Shown: positions 1 to 13,285 of the stretch, in pieces
How the letters are laid out: every line of letters begins with the position of its first letter
Numbering within the stretch: position 1 is the stretch's first letter
Source: Zancudomyces culisetae HAW-14-8
Taxonomy: Eukaryota > Fungi > Kickxellomycota
Assembly (NCBI GenBank): GCA_052426225.1
Contig: JBNJNM010000009.1
Span: forward strand, 1,302,001 to 1,366,000
Direction: 5' to 3'
Length of the DNA: 64,000 bases
The notes under the pieces: generated by a model
The model's input: the letters and a program-made list of their open reading frames with translations, nothing else
Database searches by the model: none
What the model was told of the DNA's origin: nothing
Position numbers and translations under genes: made by a program

Positions 1-578
1 TAAAAAATACCGTAAAAACTGGACTCTGTTGGGTATAAAGCTTTTGATGATCAATACTGGGGAATAGAAACGGTTTATGACCTTTATTTTTTTTGTTTAC
101 AATGTAATCAATTTTTTTATAGCAAAGTATATACGAGCTCAAAAGGAAAATCTTGAAATGTAATATTATTTGAGCTTAAATCCAAAGGAATAGTCAAATC
201 AAATGGCGTGGATGAGGTAGGTACGCATATCTCCCAGGGCAAAAAATAAAAAATGAAAAATGAAAACCCAAAGATCTGCTCATTTAAATAGTTACAAACC
301 ACATACCATTCCACAGTTTCTTCCATAGCACTGATGAAATCCTCAAACAGGTGCTACGGATTAGGCTCTCAACTCGCAAACTTGGGCTTATTACTTTATC
401 CTAGAGGGGAGTTGGTATGTTCTGCAATTGGTTATGTATGTACATTTTGTTGGGAGTTGGTATGCTATGTAATTGGTTATTATACGCATTTTATTCTGTA
501 TCTATGTTTATGTTTAACCTCTGTCTTTAATGATCCACCAAGAATTTCGTGGTATATCACACAACGATTAATTCAAAG

Positions 579-611
579 TTTATTTAATAAATTCATCGAA
601 CAAAAAAAAAA
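579..611 (+). repeat. Second copy of the same LINE-like 3' terminus
   Basis: TTTATTTAATAAATTCATCGAAC-A10 versus TTTATTTAATAAATTCATCTAAC-A11 at 33400-33433 (1 mismatch). Confidence 0.6.
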
Positions 612-1700
612 GTATTAATATAAACTGTATTTCCTGTTGGTGTTTTCGATTGTGATAACAGTTAGAGTCTAGATCCCAGAAAAAAAAATGCTGAAAAGAC
701 TATATGTTGGTCTGGATCCAGATTAATATAAGAAAATGTCAGCTAATTTAAAATATTGGGTGTTTAATTCTGTAATGTTAATAGTATGTGTGCAAATGAG
801 AACGAGATTATTTCTCCACCTTTCACTTTTAGGACTCAAACTAACGAGTCCTGCATTTCTGCGTACCAATCTCGAGTTGAATGGTTCTTTTTTAGCTATT
901 TCCTAGGCTAATCCACGTTGCTTAAAAAGAGAAAGCGTTGTATTGGCACTATTCCTGAATTTTATGTGGATATACGAACAAACCAATATTGGTTATCTTT
1001 ACAAAACAATTGTTGATGATCAATTTATACCCATTGTATGTCTAATTTTAATATTTACCCTCAGAAAAACAGGCACAAAAATAAAGGAAATTTGGCGGAA
1101 AATGAAATTTTCAAGTGCACAGATGTTCACTACAACAAAAGGCACATGAAAGAAATTGTTGAAAATCAGGTTAATGTAAATAGCAAATAAATAAATAAAT
1201 AAATAAAAAAGTTTAAACTCAATAGTTTTAATCGGGCTATTTTCTGAGATATTCATTACAGAGACAAAAGAGACACCGAAAAAGGCGACTGGAGGTGGTA
1301 AAATAACGAAAAACACACTGTGACACGCCATTTTTTTTTTGTTATTCTACTATTTTCTAAATCGATTACCTTGGCCACCGAGATTTGTATTCGGGATGAA
1401 AAATGAATATTACGATTGATAGACAAGTGAAATTTTAAAATAAAACGACAGCTAGATTGGGAGCAGCCAGGTTGGCCAAAAATAGAAAATAAGAGAAGGT
1501 AAAAAGAAAGGAAAATGAATATTGATCCTGGAGATCAAAAAGACACAAAAGAACAGAAGAGCAAAAAGAACACAGATATTGAAAAAAAAGTAGACGGGGA
1601 AAGAGGTAAAATACAGCAGTTTCGATCATTAAATGGTGTGATTGTATTGAATATCACTTACTAATAGATATACTTTTATAAAGTTATAGTTAGAAGCGAT

Positions 1701-4171
1701 ATGGAAAGACGAAACAGCAGTGGGATACACAAAAAGACAAGAAAAAGTAGCAGTACGGAGAGTAAGAGTAGCCTGGAGTATGGCAATAATGAAGAGCAGG
1801 TGCGTGGAAAACTTTTAGGTAAGGAGGGTGGCTATAGCGGAACTGAAAGAAGCGGGAAAACAAGAGAAAAAGAAACACACGAACCAGAAAAAAGTGGAGA
1901 TGCCAGTAAGGAGCAGTCTCATGATATGGAGTATGATCCAAAGCTTGGCGAGTACAGGGTGGGAGAAGGTGGCGGTGTATATACAGAAGTTGGTGGCTAT
2001 TTACAAAAAGGTGTTGAGGAAGAGGTAAATGGGTATAGTAGCGGGGGTATAAGCAGCATAGATACAGATTACGAAAGCAGAAAGGAGGAGGAGGAGGAAG
2101 AAAAACGCAAAAGAAGGTATCTTGAGCGTATGCGAAGCAGTGTGCTATTTGATGACCAAAGAAGTAGTAAGGAGTTAAGTAAAATAATAAGGCATGATAA
2201 ATCGAATATTCATGAATCGATTACAGGATCGTTCATGGAGCCAGGGAGGCGAGACGTAACACAAGAGAGTAGTTATGAGATTAACTCGATGAAGGTTTGT
2301 CTTTTTTTTCTGTCTGTTTATTTTAGTTTGTTTGAACGTGTAGGAGAGGTGTAATATAGGTATTTAAGTACATGATAACTAAAAAAATGATTTGGAAAAT
2401 GGGTTATAATAGGAGCTGTGGCGAAAAAAGTTGTATATGCTGCTTTATGATCCAAAATCTAGCCGGTGGGCCTTTTTATTGAATGTGTCAATAACGATAT
2501 TAATAATTCTTGGGGCATTTTTTTCAACAATGGAAACAGTACCGTCGATAAGGAAGAAGTATGGGGATTCCTTTTTGCTGTGGACAGAGTATTTTATAGT
2601 ATTTGTGTTTACAGTGGAATTTGTAGCCAGGGTGGTGGTTCATAGTTCTAGGCCGATATTTTTCTGGAATTTTATCAAATGTAAGTGCATATTTTAGTAA
2701 AAATTCTAAAGCAAGGGGGATGAACGGAGGGAGGAGGAAGGGGGAAGGGGAGATAAGATGAGATCAGAATTTTAAATGTATAAATAATATGTGTGCTAGA
2801 AAAATATATGTGTGATAGTTAAATAAAGTAGTTAAATAAAAAAAATATTAAAAATAATGTGACTTGGTGTGGTGTGGTGTGGTGTAATATAAAATAGCGC
2901 CATTGACGATAATTGATTTCCTGGCAATATTTCCTTTTTATGTAAACGTATTGGTGAGGGATAAGGATTACAATCTGTATAGACTTTCAGTGCTTAGGGT
3001 ATTCCGAATATTCAGAACGTTTAGTGCATATAAATACACATCGCTTTTACAGCTATCTATAGAGGTGCTTGTGGTGGCGATTAGACGGTCCAAGAACTCG
3101 CTATATGCCCTTCTATTTATACTAATATCTACAGTGTTGGTGTTTAGTACACTGCTTTATTTTGTAGAGAGGGGAGAGTGGGATGGAGAAAAGCAGATAT
3201 TTGTGAAGGACAAGATAAGTGGAGAGGAGAGTCCGTTTAGCAGTGTACCAATGTCGGCGTGGTATATGATTGTGACATTAACCACAACGGGGTATGGGGA
3301 TATGGTACCATCTACATGGATTGGCAAGTTGTTGAGTGTTCCAGCGATGTTGTGTGGAATTTTGTTGATTGCACTGCCATCGATTATAGTTGGGCGTAGT
3401 TTTACGCAGGTATGGGAAAAGGCTAGGAGATACCAAATAAAGTTGAAGGCTCACGAGAGTCTTATGGGTAGTACAAAATCAAGCCATGAAGGGTATGCAG
3501 GTATCTTTGATGGAAGGGGTAGGGGTAGGGGTAGTGGTAGTACAGATGGTGGTGGATATAATGACCAGAAAGGAAATGATTCGGTGATAAATATTGATAG
3601 TGGTGGTGGTAGTGGTAGTGGTTATAAAGGAAGATGGGAAGACCAAGAAATAGAACTTCGAACATTTAAAAGCAAAAATAAGAGTAGGAGTAAAAGTAGA
3701 GATATGGACTCAGATATAGAGAAATACGGAGTTGAGGCATCCACATCATACGTAGTACCAAAGAGTAGATTTACAAGTAAAAGTAAAAGTAAAAGTAAAA
3801 GTAAAAGTAAAATACGAGACAAAGACAAAAGTAAAGGTAGGAGCGGGAGTGGAAGTGGAAGTGGAGGTAGAGCTAGTCAGACAAGAAATACAAGTATACA
3901 CGGACACAAGACACATGGTCGGTCGTTTTTTTCGGATTTTGGAGAATACGATGACGAAAACAATTTTTTTGGCTTTAACGAAGAGGAAGATAGACGGAAA
4001 ACTGGTCTGGATGTTGAGTATATGATGGCAAAAGTGGAACATAAGCTAGAGAAGAGCCGTACAACACTAAAAGTTGCATTGGGAGAAATCAGAAAGGAGT
4101 TTCAGAGTGATATTAGACAGATCCAACAGAACCAGATGGAAATTCTAAGGAAACTTGATAAACTTGGATAA
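1701..4171 (+). CDS. Voltage-gated (Kv/Shaker-like, 6TM) potassium channel; exons 1701-2294, 2413-2680, 2898-4171 (~711 aa)
   Basis: Pore signature TLTTTGYGD, S4-like LYRLSVLRVFRIFRTF, S3 IIDFLAIFPFY, S6 LIALP. GT..AG introns 2295-2412 (phase 0) and 2681-2897 (phase 1) join three ORF-track segments in frame. Confidence 0.9.
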
Positions 4172-4253
4172 AAGTAAAAAAGATACAAAAAGATTTGTAA
4201 ATTAAAAAAAGGATTTAATGATTAAAAAATAATAAAGTAAAATAATAAATGAA

Positions 4254-6191
4254 CTAGTTTGTATAAATAATTCTTCCAGGAACAGAGCATAAAATGACAC
4301 AGCAAATGACAGCAAACAACATACTGACAGAAAACCACTTCAAACTGTTTATATAGACCATCCTTGTGGCAGTGCGGTCAATACTGTTTCGGGTAGAAAA
4401 CCAGGCGTTTTTCCAGCTGGCACCACGATAACCTAAACCACCACCAGGTTTACCAGATTGGGTTTTGGGAACAGGAGACTGATATTTAGAGGTCAAGCTC
4501 AGCAAAAGATCAGCACCACTGAAACCAACACCCATATTCCACCAACCAACCAGAAGTGGGATTATGCACCACAGGCGGTTGACAATGGGCGAGGCATCGG
4601 AGAGAATTAAAGTCAGAGGATAGCAAAAGCCAAACAGAAGCAACAGACAGGCAAAGGCAACACGGATAACGCAGTGGGCGTGGGTGACGTTGCGGGAAGT
4701 GCCTTCACGGACAAAGACAGTAAAGTAGTATACATCAAGGATTTCATAGGCATACATGATAGCCTCGGAAAACAGGTGAGGATCCAGACTGGCATTTCCA
4801 CGTGACAGTTGCAGCTCGATTTTGGAGAGGATTTCAGGTGGCCAAGGCATGTAGTATATCACCTGACTTTTATACATCGACTTTTGTCGTCCCATTCGGT
4901 CAAACTCTCCTCCCCCAAATCCATACGGGAGTTGTTTTTCCGACATATACTTGCTCCGGTCGTTCATATGGATAAACCGTGCATTCGGATCTTGTCCGCC
5001 TGGCCCTAGTGTCACTGTAGGTCTTCCGCCAACCGCAAGTGCATTCGACATAAACTCTATTGGTCGGTTAAACATCCGCCTCATCTCTGATGCCAACTTT
5101 TTTTTACTACCACCCCCAAACCCTTCTTTCTCTGTCTCGTCCCACTCAGTTTGTCCTGTTGGAATCAGTGCCGCCCGGAAATACCGCAAAAAGATCGACT
5201 CTGCTGCTCCTTGGATCTGTAACACCTCTTTCATCATATTTTTTTTCTCTTCGCTCGAAAGACTTGCATTAGTCTTTTTACGCCCAACTCTCTCCCCATT
5301 ACTTTCTCGATCGTCCTCATATTCCTCATCCCGTCCATTTTCTCTACTCCCCCTTCCCCCTCGCTCCTTCTTCTTTTGGTACGAAATACACATCTTCTCA
5401 TGCGCAACTGCTGCCAAATAGAACTCCAACCATTTGCGTGCCTCCGGCTGCCGCACCGAACAGTGCACTGCAAAGTCTCTAAACGAAAGCGGTGCATATG
5501 TTTTCTTTTGTAAAACCTGTTCAAGTGTCGGTAATCCCCCATTGCGAAGATTATGGTCTTGTAGATACATCCAGTCTCGCTCTGTCAACCCTCCTGGAAT
5601 CACTCGCCCTGTCCCCTTCTCTCTCCCTCCTCCCTGCGTAGACCACTCTCCGTCTTGATGTATAATTTTGCTCAAGCTCAATCCCATTGGATATAACTGT
5701 TGGCTGCTAGACGTTTCACTTTCTACTTCCCGTTTATTCATATTTCTCTGTATCTCGTCCTTTTCCAACTCATTGAAATCAAGCGGATCTCGTACTGCAT
5801 TTGGAAGTGTCTTTGAAATTCTTCGCCATAACCTTGTGTCAAAAAATTGTGTCGACTCTCCATTTTCGTAAAAATACGATTGTCTATCATAATCCCCTCT
5901 ACCTTCACTCTCAATACTATTCGATGACCTCCTATTTGCCTTCTTATTCCCTGCATTTTCTTTCCGAAACCCTACTTTTGGCTCCTCTTCCTCTATACGC
6001 CGTAGCTCGTCTTCCTCTATATCTGACACCACCTTCTCTGCCAGACTCAGCATATATTGTCTATCTCTTCTATCACCACTCCCCTCCCCTATAAAAGGCA
6101 TCCCGTACATCAGCTGGTCTGTACCTTCTGCCTTATTTTCCAAGGTCCGGCTATTATCCTCATCTTGTTCTTGCAGCTTATTTTTATTCAT
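4254..6191 (-). CDS. Rax1-like RGS-domain membrane protein (polarity/bud-site family)
   Basis: LPTLEQVLQKKTYAPLSFRDF...WLEFYL resembles the fungal Rax1 RGS N-terminal motif; ~3 hydrophobic segments at the C-terminus; 645-aa ORF. Confidence 0.7.
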   Translation of the reverse strand: MNKNKLQEQDEDNSRTLENKAEGTDQLMYGMPFIGEGSGDRRDRQYMLSLAEKVVSDIEEDELRRIEEEEPKVGFRKENAGNKKANRRSSNSIESEGRGDYDRQSYFYENGESTQFFDTRLWRRISKTLPNAVRDPLDFNELEKDEIQRNMNKREVESETSSSQQLYPMGLSLSKIIHQDGEWSTQGGGREKGTGRVIPGGLTERDWMYLQDHNLRNGGLPTLEQVLQKKTYAPLSFRDFAVHCSVRQPEARKWLEFYLAAVAHEKMCISYQKKKERGGRGSRENGRDEEYEDDRESNGERVGRKKTNASLSSEEKKNMMKEVLQIQGAAESIFLRYFRAALIPTGQTEWDETEKEGFGGGSKKKLASEMRRMFNRPIEFMSNALAVGGRPTVTLGPGGQDPNARFIHMNDRSKYMSEKQLPYGFGGGEFDRMGRQKSMYKSQVIYYMPWPPEILSKIELQLSRGNASLDPHLFSEAIMYAYEILDVYYFTVFVREGTSRNVTHAHCVIRVAFACLLLLFGFCYPLTLILSDASPIVNRLWCIIPLLVGWWNMGVGFSGADLLLSLTSKYQSPVPKTQSGKPGGGLGYRGASWKNAWFSTRNSIDRTATRMVYINSLKWFSVSMLFAVICCVILCSVPGRIIYTN

Positions 6192-9100
6192 TTTCTATAT
6201 ATCTTGTTTTTTATCTATCTTTCTTTCTCGTTTTCTCCTTTTTTCTATCTATTATAAATCAGTATAAAAAGAAACTTTTTTTCGTCCTGGCCTTATCACC
6301 ACTAAGAATCAAGTACTATCCTGTTTATCTTTTTTTTTCCTACCCTGTTTACCATTTAAAAGATAAATATATCTTTAACTTTATGTTTTTTTTCTCTTAT
6401 TAGTTTTGGGATTCGCCCAGCTATATAACCAACTTCTCAAATATTTTAATTCGAATCAGTGTGCTTATCCCGTTCATTCCACGGCGTTGAATTGTATGTT
6501 TATTCTTTGATAATACCCGCGTTATGCTATAGTATATTATGCTTTAATCGAAATCAAGAGAGGGTTGTGGGAGGGGTAATGTCAAGGTAAAATTTTCGTA
6601 TTGATTCTATAGATTAGTGCTTTTTGTTTCAAGCTTATAGACCTTTAAAGTATATTATTGCGTTGGGGTGTGGGAGTAACTTTGTTCGTTTTACCAAATG
6701 CTTTTTTCAAGTTCATAAACACTATTTCTTTTTTTTATTACTTTTTCGTAACGTTTATCCTCTTTTACTCATCCTTTTTTTTAATTCGCAAGCGATACAT
6801 ACACATTAACAATCAAGTCGATTGTTGTTTGCAGTTTATTTTTTTTTCTGTTTTCATATTACCTAAATGGCGCTAAATATATTTAATCCACTTTGGTAAG
6901 GAATTAAATGTAGATTTGTCATTTTTTTCATTTATTTTGTCAATCTCAAATTTTCTGTTAGCAAAACTAGCAATATTTCCACTAGGCATTTCCTCACTTT
7001 CTAACATTCAACCACTTTACTGTATGCTTAAAACGTTACTGTCCTGGACTATATTTTGTTATCTTTTAGCAATTCCAGGCTTTTAGTTGAGTTTTGAATG
7101 GCTTATTTTTTTTATGGAATATATAATAATACAAAAAACACGATTCCTACTCTTAACCAAATCGAAACAATCTTCATTTTTTGTGCGTGGTTTCCACTTT
7201 ATCGCAAACACGCTTTTAACTCTGATTGATAAATAAACAAAAACAAGTTCACTAAAACTATATAGAACACTTTGATTCCATTATCATAGAATGTTAGTGA
7301 TATTTTTCTGTAATCACATATTTTATTTCGGATGCAATGGAAATTGAAGTGGATGAAGACGGGGAGGGGGGAGGGGGGAGGGGAGAAAAGGTGAATCCGC
7401 TCCTTTTGGGTCCCACGAAATCACCACTTTTGATTTATTTATTTTTGGTTTGATGCTTTTGTTTTTCTTATTTTTTTTCTTGTAAAGATTGGGGGGGAAC
7501 AGGAGAAATTGACTTAACCCAACAATTAAACACAAATACCGCGCTTTCTCAACGGTTTTTTCTTCTTCTGCCTCGCCACTACATCTTAATCACCACCTTC
7601 ACTTTTGCCCTCACTTTACAATACAAACACAGCACATACTTCCCATTTACATATAAACACATAATAATCGCAGCTTTGGTAAGTGATTGTGATTTTTTTT
7701 AACAATGCAATTTGATTTGCTGCTATTCCTTATTTGTTGTATTTATTATTCTCATTTTATTTTAATTGGACTTTGCCAGCAATTATGAGTTGAATTGGGC
7801 CAAACGTTTTTGGATTCCCTGCCAATGAATACCCAATATTGTTACTCAGCTTGCACCAAAAAAAAAAACTTGCTCTTTTTTCCTCGACAGTCAGAGTTTT
7901 TCTCAATCTTACTTTTCTAAACTCCAATTAGAAGCATTAAAAAATCTTGGATGAGATTGAATAGAAAGTGGGAAAAGGAGGTGATATAATTAGAGTGCAC
8001 AAAAAGCCTAATAAAATAAAATAAATCCCGTAAATTCAAACTTTGTGGTGTGGTGTAGCTCTAAACGTATTTTGGGTTATTTTTGTTTAACCGACCAAAA
8101 AAAAAGTCACAAATCTTCATTTCCACCACAACTTCCTCCCATCCACCTCCTAATAGAATTTTTTCGCAATAAACAACTCTTTTTTACACTCTTTCCGACA
8201 ATATTTTCTGGAATACACTACATGGTGTGATACAGCCATGTTCCGAGCCAAAGTAATCTGGCAAACTCATCAAGTGGTAGTTAGCTTCTCGGCGTAAATA
8301 AATCCATTTCTAGACAAGTACCCACCATATCCAAGGTAGAATTTCTTTCCTCCTCCATTCATCGCCAATCTCTATCCACTCTAGCATGCAGACATATTCG
8401 TCAATGTCTAATGAGAACCTGGTTAATAGACACCGCATAAAAAAAAATGATATCATACCTGAAACGATAGTAATCAATCGTTATTCAATTGCAGCAACTA
8501 CTGTATAGCATATATGTGCGCAGGATGTAAAAGAAATTATTTTCTAAACTCAAGGCCGAATTACTTGTACTACCTACCTCACAGTATAAACCTTTGGTTC
8601 TTGTTAAAACAAAGTTTTATAATTGTACCTCAATCGGAAAAATAATGGTTGCTTTAATAATCATGTGTGCAAATAAAGTCGGTTTGAAACTGTTGTAACT
8701 TGAAATAATGCCATTTCCCGTCAAATACCACCCCAGCCTTCTAAGATGGGTCAGTTGCGTAAGTAAACCGTTAAAGAGAGTGATAACCAGGTTCGTCGAA
8801 CATTATTTTTCCTGGATTGAACTTTTTCTTTTTATTCTAGTGGATATCCATTTATTTTTTTTGGTTTCAGTTGTGATACCCACTTTGAAGATTTTAAACG
8901 CCATTAGTTACTGATAATATGTTCTTATTTATGGGTGAGATAGGGGGACGGGGTGGAGAGCGGAACGTGGAATGTGGGGAATGGGGAATGTGGTGTGATA
9001 AAAGACAATGATTTTAATTTGGCTTCTATATCAGTAAATACCCCTTGCAACCTGCCCTTTGGAAAAAAAGAAGCAAGCAGCAAGAAGGTACTGGTCAGTT

Positions 9101-10000
9101 TCATCATCCGAAGTTTCATCTAAAATCTAATACAAATGCACACATCGTACAATTTGAATTCGCCACATGCTCGCTTTGTTTGAACTCAAAGGTGTGATTT
9201 CCAAAGTTTTGTTTTGTGCTTTTTTTTTCCTACAAGCGAGCCTAGAGTGTTTGGATATGCGCCCCTGTTCTACGCCAATACATTGCAGCCCATTTTACTT
9301 GTCCGAGCGGGAAAAAGCGCAGTGGCATTATTTCAACAAGTTTTAAAACTGAAAATATCTGTTTATCATTTACCAACCTTCCGCCGTGGATAAGCGTACG
9401 ATGCATATGCAATAAACCAAAAACATAACACTGCTTCTCTACCTTTAGCATTATTGGTGTTTTACTTTATGCATTTACATCCAGAGTATCACTGCAGATG
9501 TTTGTTTTAGTTATCATTTTCATTTATCTTTTTTTTTTTGTAAATACTTCAACTACATCTCACATTAAATGTGCAAACTCACCGTTTATTTATCGTTTAA
9601 CCCTTTTTTTCATATTCCAAACCATTGATGAAAGATTAGTATAAACTAGATAGAACCTTAAAAAATAACGAAAAACAACACAGCTATCCCTTTTTTTCCG
9701 TTGGTTACTCTTTTACTTCAATAATATTAACACTTATGTGGGTATATTGTTTCCAACTATACTTATACTGTAGCCCAACGTGAGAGGCCTTGTGGAACAT
9801 GAAAGATTGATATAATAAGGAAAAAATACAACTGAGGACGACCTCGATCAATATCTAAATAATAATACATATTCTTTATAAATAAGTCAGATTATTGGGT
9901 CCAAATTGAAGAATAAAACACTTCAAACCTAATAGTTGATAGTGTATATCCTGTTCTAGTCAGAGTTCTGAGACAGGGTGTTAGAAAATAATACTTAAAA

Positions 10001-13000
10001 ATGGTAACCACGTTCAATTGCCTCCCTCTCGAAATACTCGAGCAAGTGTTTATTCAGAGTCAAAATACCGAGTTTGCACTCGTGAATAGATGCTGCTATT
10101 ATGCATCCCAATCGATATTAGCTCAAGCAAAATTCGTTTTTAATGAGTTTGGAAGAAATAATATATTCCAGTCATACTGTGGCGTACCATTCCGATACCC
10201 AAGATTATTAAATAATAAAGAATTGGTAAACCTGTTGATCATAGATGGCGCGAATATAACATCCGATCACCAATATATCTTTAAAATCGCAATAAAAAAT
10301 GGGTGGAAGGACACTGTAGATCTCATGGTAAACACGTTCAATATCGGCCACCAAGAACAGTACATAGAAATAAATCACATGTCAATTAACTTTTTAATAA
10401 ATTTGAAAACAAAAACATGCAGAAAACTATACACATCCAATGATGAAGTCAAGGATATTGTAGTGCGCCCTGCCATTGATATTAACAGCGAAGGTAATGT
10501 TGCGCTGAAATTGGCAGTTCTCAAAAACGATGTCGCAACTATCAAAATTCTGTTAGAGTGCCATAATATCAATCTCAATAAAGAAGTTTTAAATACCATA
10601 TTACCGCATTGGGTAGAAAAAAATGTCGTATCGGTTGAATGTCACAGTAGAGTAAACATAAACAGTATTGAAGATCTTACCTCAGCAGTAGTGAATAAAG
10701 AAAGAATGGACAGTTTACAATGTTTGCTGCTTCAAGGTCTAGACTTAAAAGGTTTTTATAACGATGCATTAGTACTTAGCTCGGAATCTAATAGAAATGA
10801 TATTGTAGTGATACTACTGAACGACAAAGAAAAGGTTAGAGCCAACCACATTTTTGTTTTGAGTTGGGCATGTAGAAGAAAGGAAGTTCAGCTGGTTTAC
10901 CACATATTTGGTATTGCGAATTATACGCAAGATGAGGTCAAAGATATGTTATCTTTATGTAGCAAATATGGGTGTGTTGAGATTGCAGTCTTTTTGATTG
11001 GGAGACTTGCAGAAACCGTTGATGATCTTGCAAAGTATTTATTAGAGGCTTGTGAATTTGGTAATTTCGAGATGGCAGATTTCTATATAAAGATGGGCGC
11101 AGACGTGAATTTTAATAATGGAAAAGCACTTACCGTTGCATGCCAAAACAGTTACTTGAGTATTGTTGATCTGCTAATACAAAAAGGAGTTAAAATTGAT
11201 GACAACAACAACGAGCCACTGATAAACGCGTGCCGGAGCGGTAGTATAGAAATTACAAAAAGACTACTAGAGAATGGCGTAGACGTTAACAAAAACTGCC
11301 CTGAAGTAGTAGTAGCTTCTTGTCAAAGTAATAATTATGAGCTTATAGAGCTAATGTATAAATCTGGTGTCGACTTTTGTGTACTGGACAAGTATCCAGA
11401 ACTATTACGAACGATAAACTTTAGGAATGAAAATGTCATGTTTTTACTGAAAAAAAATCTTGGTATCCACAAAATTTCGTCTGAAATACTAAACACAAGC
11501 TTAGTAGAAGATAATATAGATGTGGCCGAGTTGCTAGTAGTCAACAGCAATAAAAAGCTAAAAATTGGGCGAAACGCGTTGATTCACATTTGTAAATACG
11601 GTAATATTGGTAATATCACGAGAGTCTTTAGCCGGAAACACAAAATTAGATACTCGGGAAAGTTGGCCATAACGTATTCGTGTGTAGGTGGCAACCGTCA
11701 AGCGTTTGAGTATTTCGCCACACGCAACTCACCTTTACCAAATAATATAAGTGCATTGATGCAATGCTGTTTCATGGGCAAAATCGAGTTGCTAACAAGA
11801 CTTATGGCTCTGGGAATGGACATAACTGTACTTAACAACAAATTGCTGCGGTTTTCATGTAGGCTAGGAAATGTTAGTATAGTAAAATTTTTACTAGAGT
11901 CAGGCGCGGATATTCATGCTAATAACGACGAGTGTCTTAAAACTGCAACAAAGTATCAAAATACAAATATGGCCCTGTTGCTTCTAAAATATGGTGCAAA
12001 TGTGCATGTGGACAACGAAGTGGTTTTGAGAGATGCAGTGTACTACAACAATATTGAATTGATTAACATGTATGTTAGACATGGCGCCAACCTGTTTGTC
12101 AATAGTTTTGATCTATTATTCCATGCGATAAAGGCAAAAAATGTGGGGATGTTTGCCTACCTGTACAGATACTATTTTGAACAGAAAGGGCATATGGTCA
12201 AACCAGTAGATAAGAGCACAGAAACTCCAAGTTTGTTAAATGTGGCTGATTTAGTATACAGTATGTGTTTACATGCTCTGATATACTCGGAGAGTGTAGT
12301 GACAAGACAGAATAATGAGATCAAGCTAGTAAGTGATGTTTGTAGAACTTACTCGGAGAAGTACGCATTCTACAGAAACAGTGGCAATTTTCTTCAAGAT
12401 ATACATGATGCTATTCAACATCATAATGGTAACGCTAAAAATGCAAGTGCACAACTAGTTCAAGAATATCTACGCTACTTTTCAAGCAGAGCTGCTGTTT
12501 CTGATATATTTTCGGAACGTGCTAACCGTATACTCAAAAAGTGCATGATGAGGTACATCAAATCTAACAACATTAAAATGCTAATGTTCACGATATCACA
12601 AGTAGTCCAAAATCTCGTTGTTAGGTGTGATTTGATGTACTTTAAATGTCTTGAACGTGGAAAAAAGCTGATAAGTGAATCCTTAAGGCTAACATATTTA
12701 CGTATACCGCCATGCTACATGGATATTCTCGAAAAGCTCGACTCGATTGGCGATTTTATTGTTTCTTACGGTTTGGGTATTATTTATAAATCGAAAGCAC
12801 ATCGAGCTATCTCATCACATAATAAAATCATTGGGTCATTGGATAGCCTAATTCAAATAATAGAAAGTAACAAAAACGAGAAAATAGTATCCTTATACGA
12901 AGAATTCATATTATCAATAAAATCTCTGAACTACTATCAAACCACCATAAACACATATATGAAGAGCAGTTGTCTGGCCGAAGAGCTATATATCTGTGCG

Positions 13001-13285
13001 TGTAAGTACCAGAACATAGAAGCAGTCAAAATAATGCTGGGGTACGGTGTGGATGTAGGCGCAAAAAGTAATAGAGCACTTTACTGGGCCTGTTTAAAGG
13101 GTAACCTTAGCTTAATCAGAACTTTAGTCGAACATGGGATTAATTGTAATAGATTTAATGGCGTTGCACGACTGTGGGCATCACTAGGAAAGCAAAATGA
13201 TGCTTTAGCTATGCTGGACGCGCTTGGTGTATCAACAGATGTACCACACCACCAAGAATGCTCGAGTGGTGGTACAGAAATATAG
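10001..13285 (+). CDS. Ankyrin-repeat protein with N-terminal F-box-like motif
   Basis: N-terminal FNCLPLEILEQVF..ALVNR; many ankyrin units (GNFEMADFYIKMGADVN, GNVSIVKFLLESGADIH, GNLSLIRTLVEHGIN); single 1094-aa ORF. Confidence 0.85.
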   Translation: MVTTFNCLPLEILEQVFIQSQNTEFALVNRCCYYASQSILAQAKFVFNEFGRNNIFQSYCGVPFRYPRLLNNKELVNLLIIDGANITSDHQYIFKIAIKNGWKDTVDLMVNTFNIGHQEQYIEINHMSINFLINLKTKTCRKLYTSNDEVKDIVVRPAIDINSEGNVALKLAVLKNDVATIKILLECHNINLNKEVLNTILPHWVEKNVVSVECHSRVNINSIEDLTSAVVNKERMDSLQCLLLQGLDLKGFYNDALVLSSESNRNDIVVILLNDKEKVRANHIFVLSWACRRKEVQLVYHIFGIANYTQDEVKDMLSLCSKYGCVEIAVFLIGRLAETVDDLAKYLLEACEFGNFEMADFYIKMGADVNFNNGKALTVACQNSYLSIVDLLIQKGVKIDDNNNEPLINACRSGSIEITKRLLENGVDVNKNCPEVVVASCQSNNYELIELMYKSGVDFCVLDKYPELLRTINFRNENVMFLLKKNLGIHKISSEILNTSLVEDNIDVAELLVVNSNKKLKIGRNALIHICKYGNIGNITRVFSRKHKIRYSGKLAITYSCVGGNRQAFEYFATRNSPLPNNISALMQCCFMGKIELLTRLMALGMDITVLNNKLLRFSCRLGNVSIVKFLLESGADIHANNDECLKTATKYQNTNMALLLLKYGANVHVDNEVVLRDAVYYNNIELINMYVRHGANLFVNSFDLLFHAIKAKNVGMFAYLYRYYFEQKGHMVKPVDKSTETPSLLNVADLVYSMCLHALIYSESVVTRQNNEIKLVSDVCRTYSEKYAFYRNSGNFLQDIHDAIQHHNGNAKNASAQLVQEYLRYFSSRAAVSDIFSERANRILKKCMMRYIKSNNIKMLMFTISQVVQNLVVRCDLMYFKCLERGKKLISESLRLTYLRIPPCYMDILEKLDSIGDFIVSYGLGIIYKSKAHRAISSHNKIIGSLDSLIQIIESNKNEKIVSLYEEFILSIKSLNYYQTTINTYMKSSCLAEELYICACKYQNIEAVKIMLGYGVDVGAKSNRALYWACLKGNLSLIRTLVEHGINCNRFNGVARLWASLGKQNDALAMLDALGVSTDVPHHQECSSGGTEI

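Noticed and set aside
6300-9990. Short ORFs in the long Rax1-like/ankyrin intergenic region
   Set aside because: F/L/I/K-rich translations typical of AT-rich noncoding DNA; no RNA gene structure recognised.
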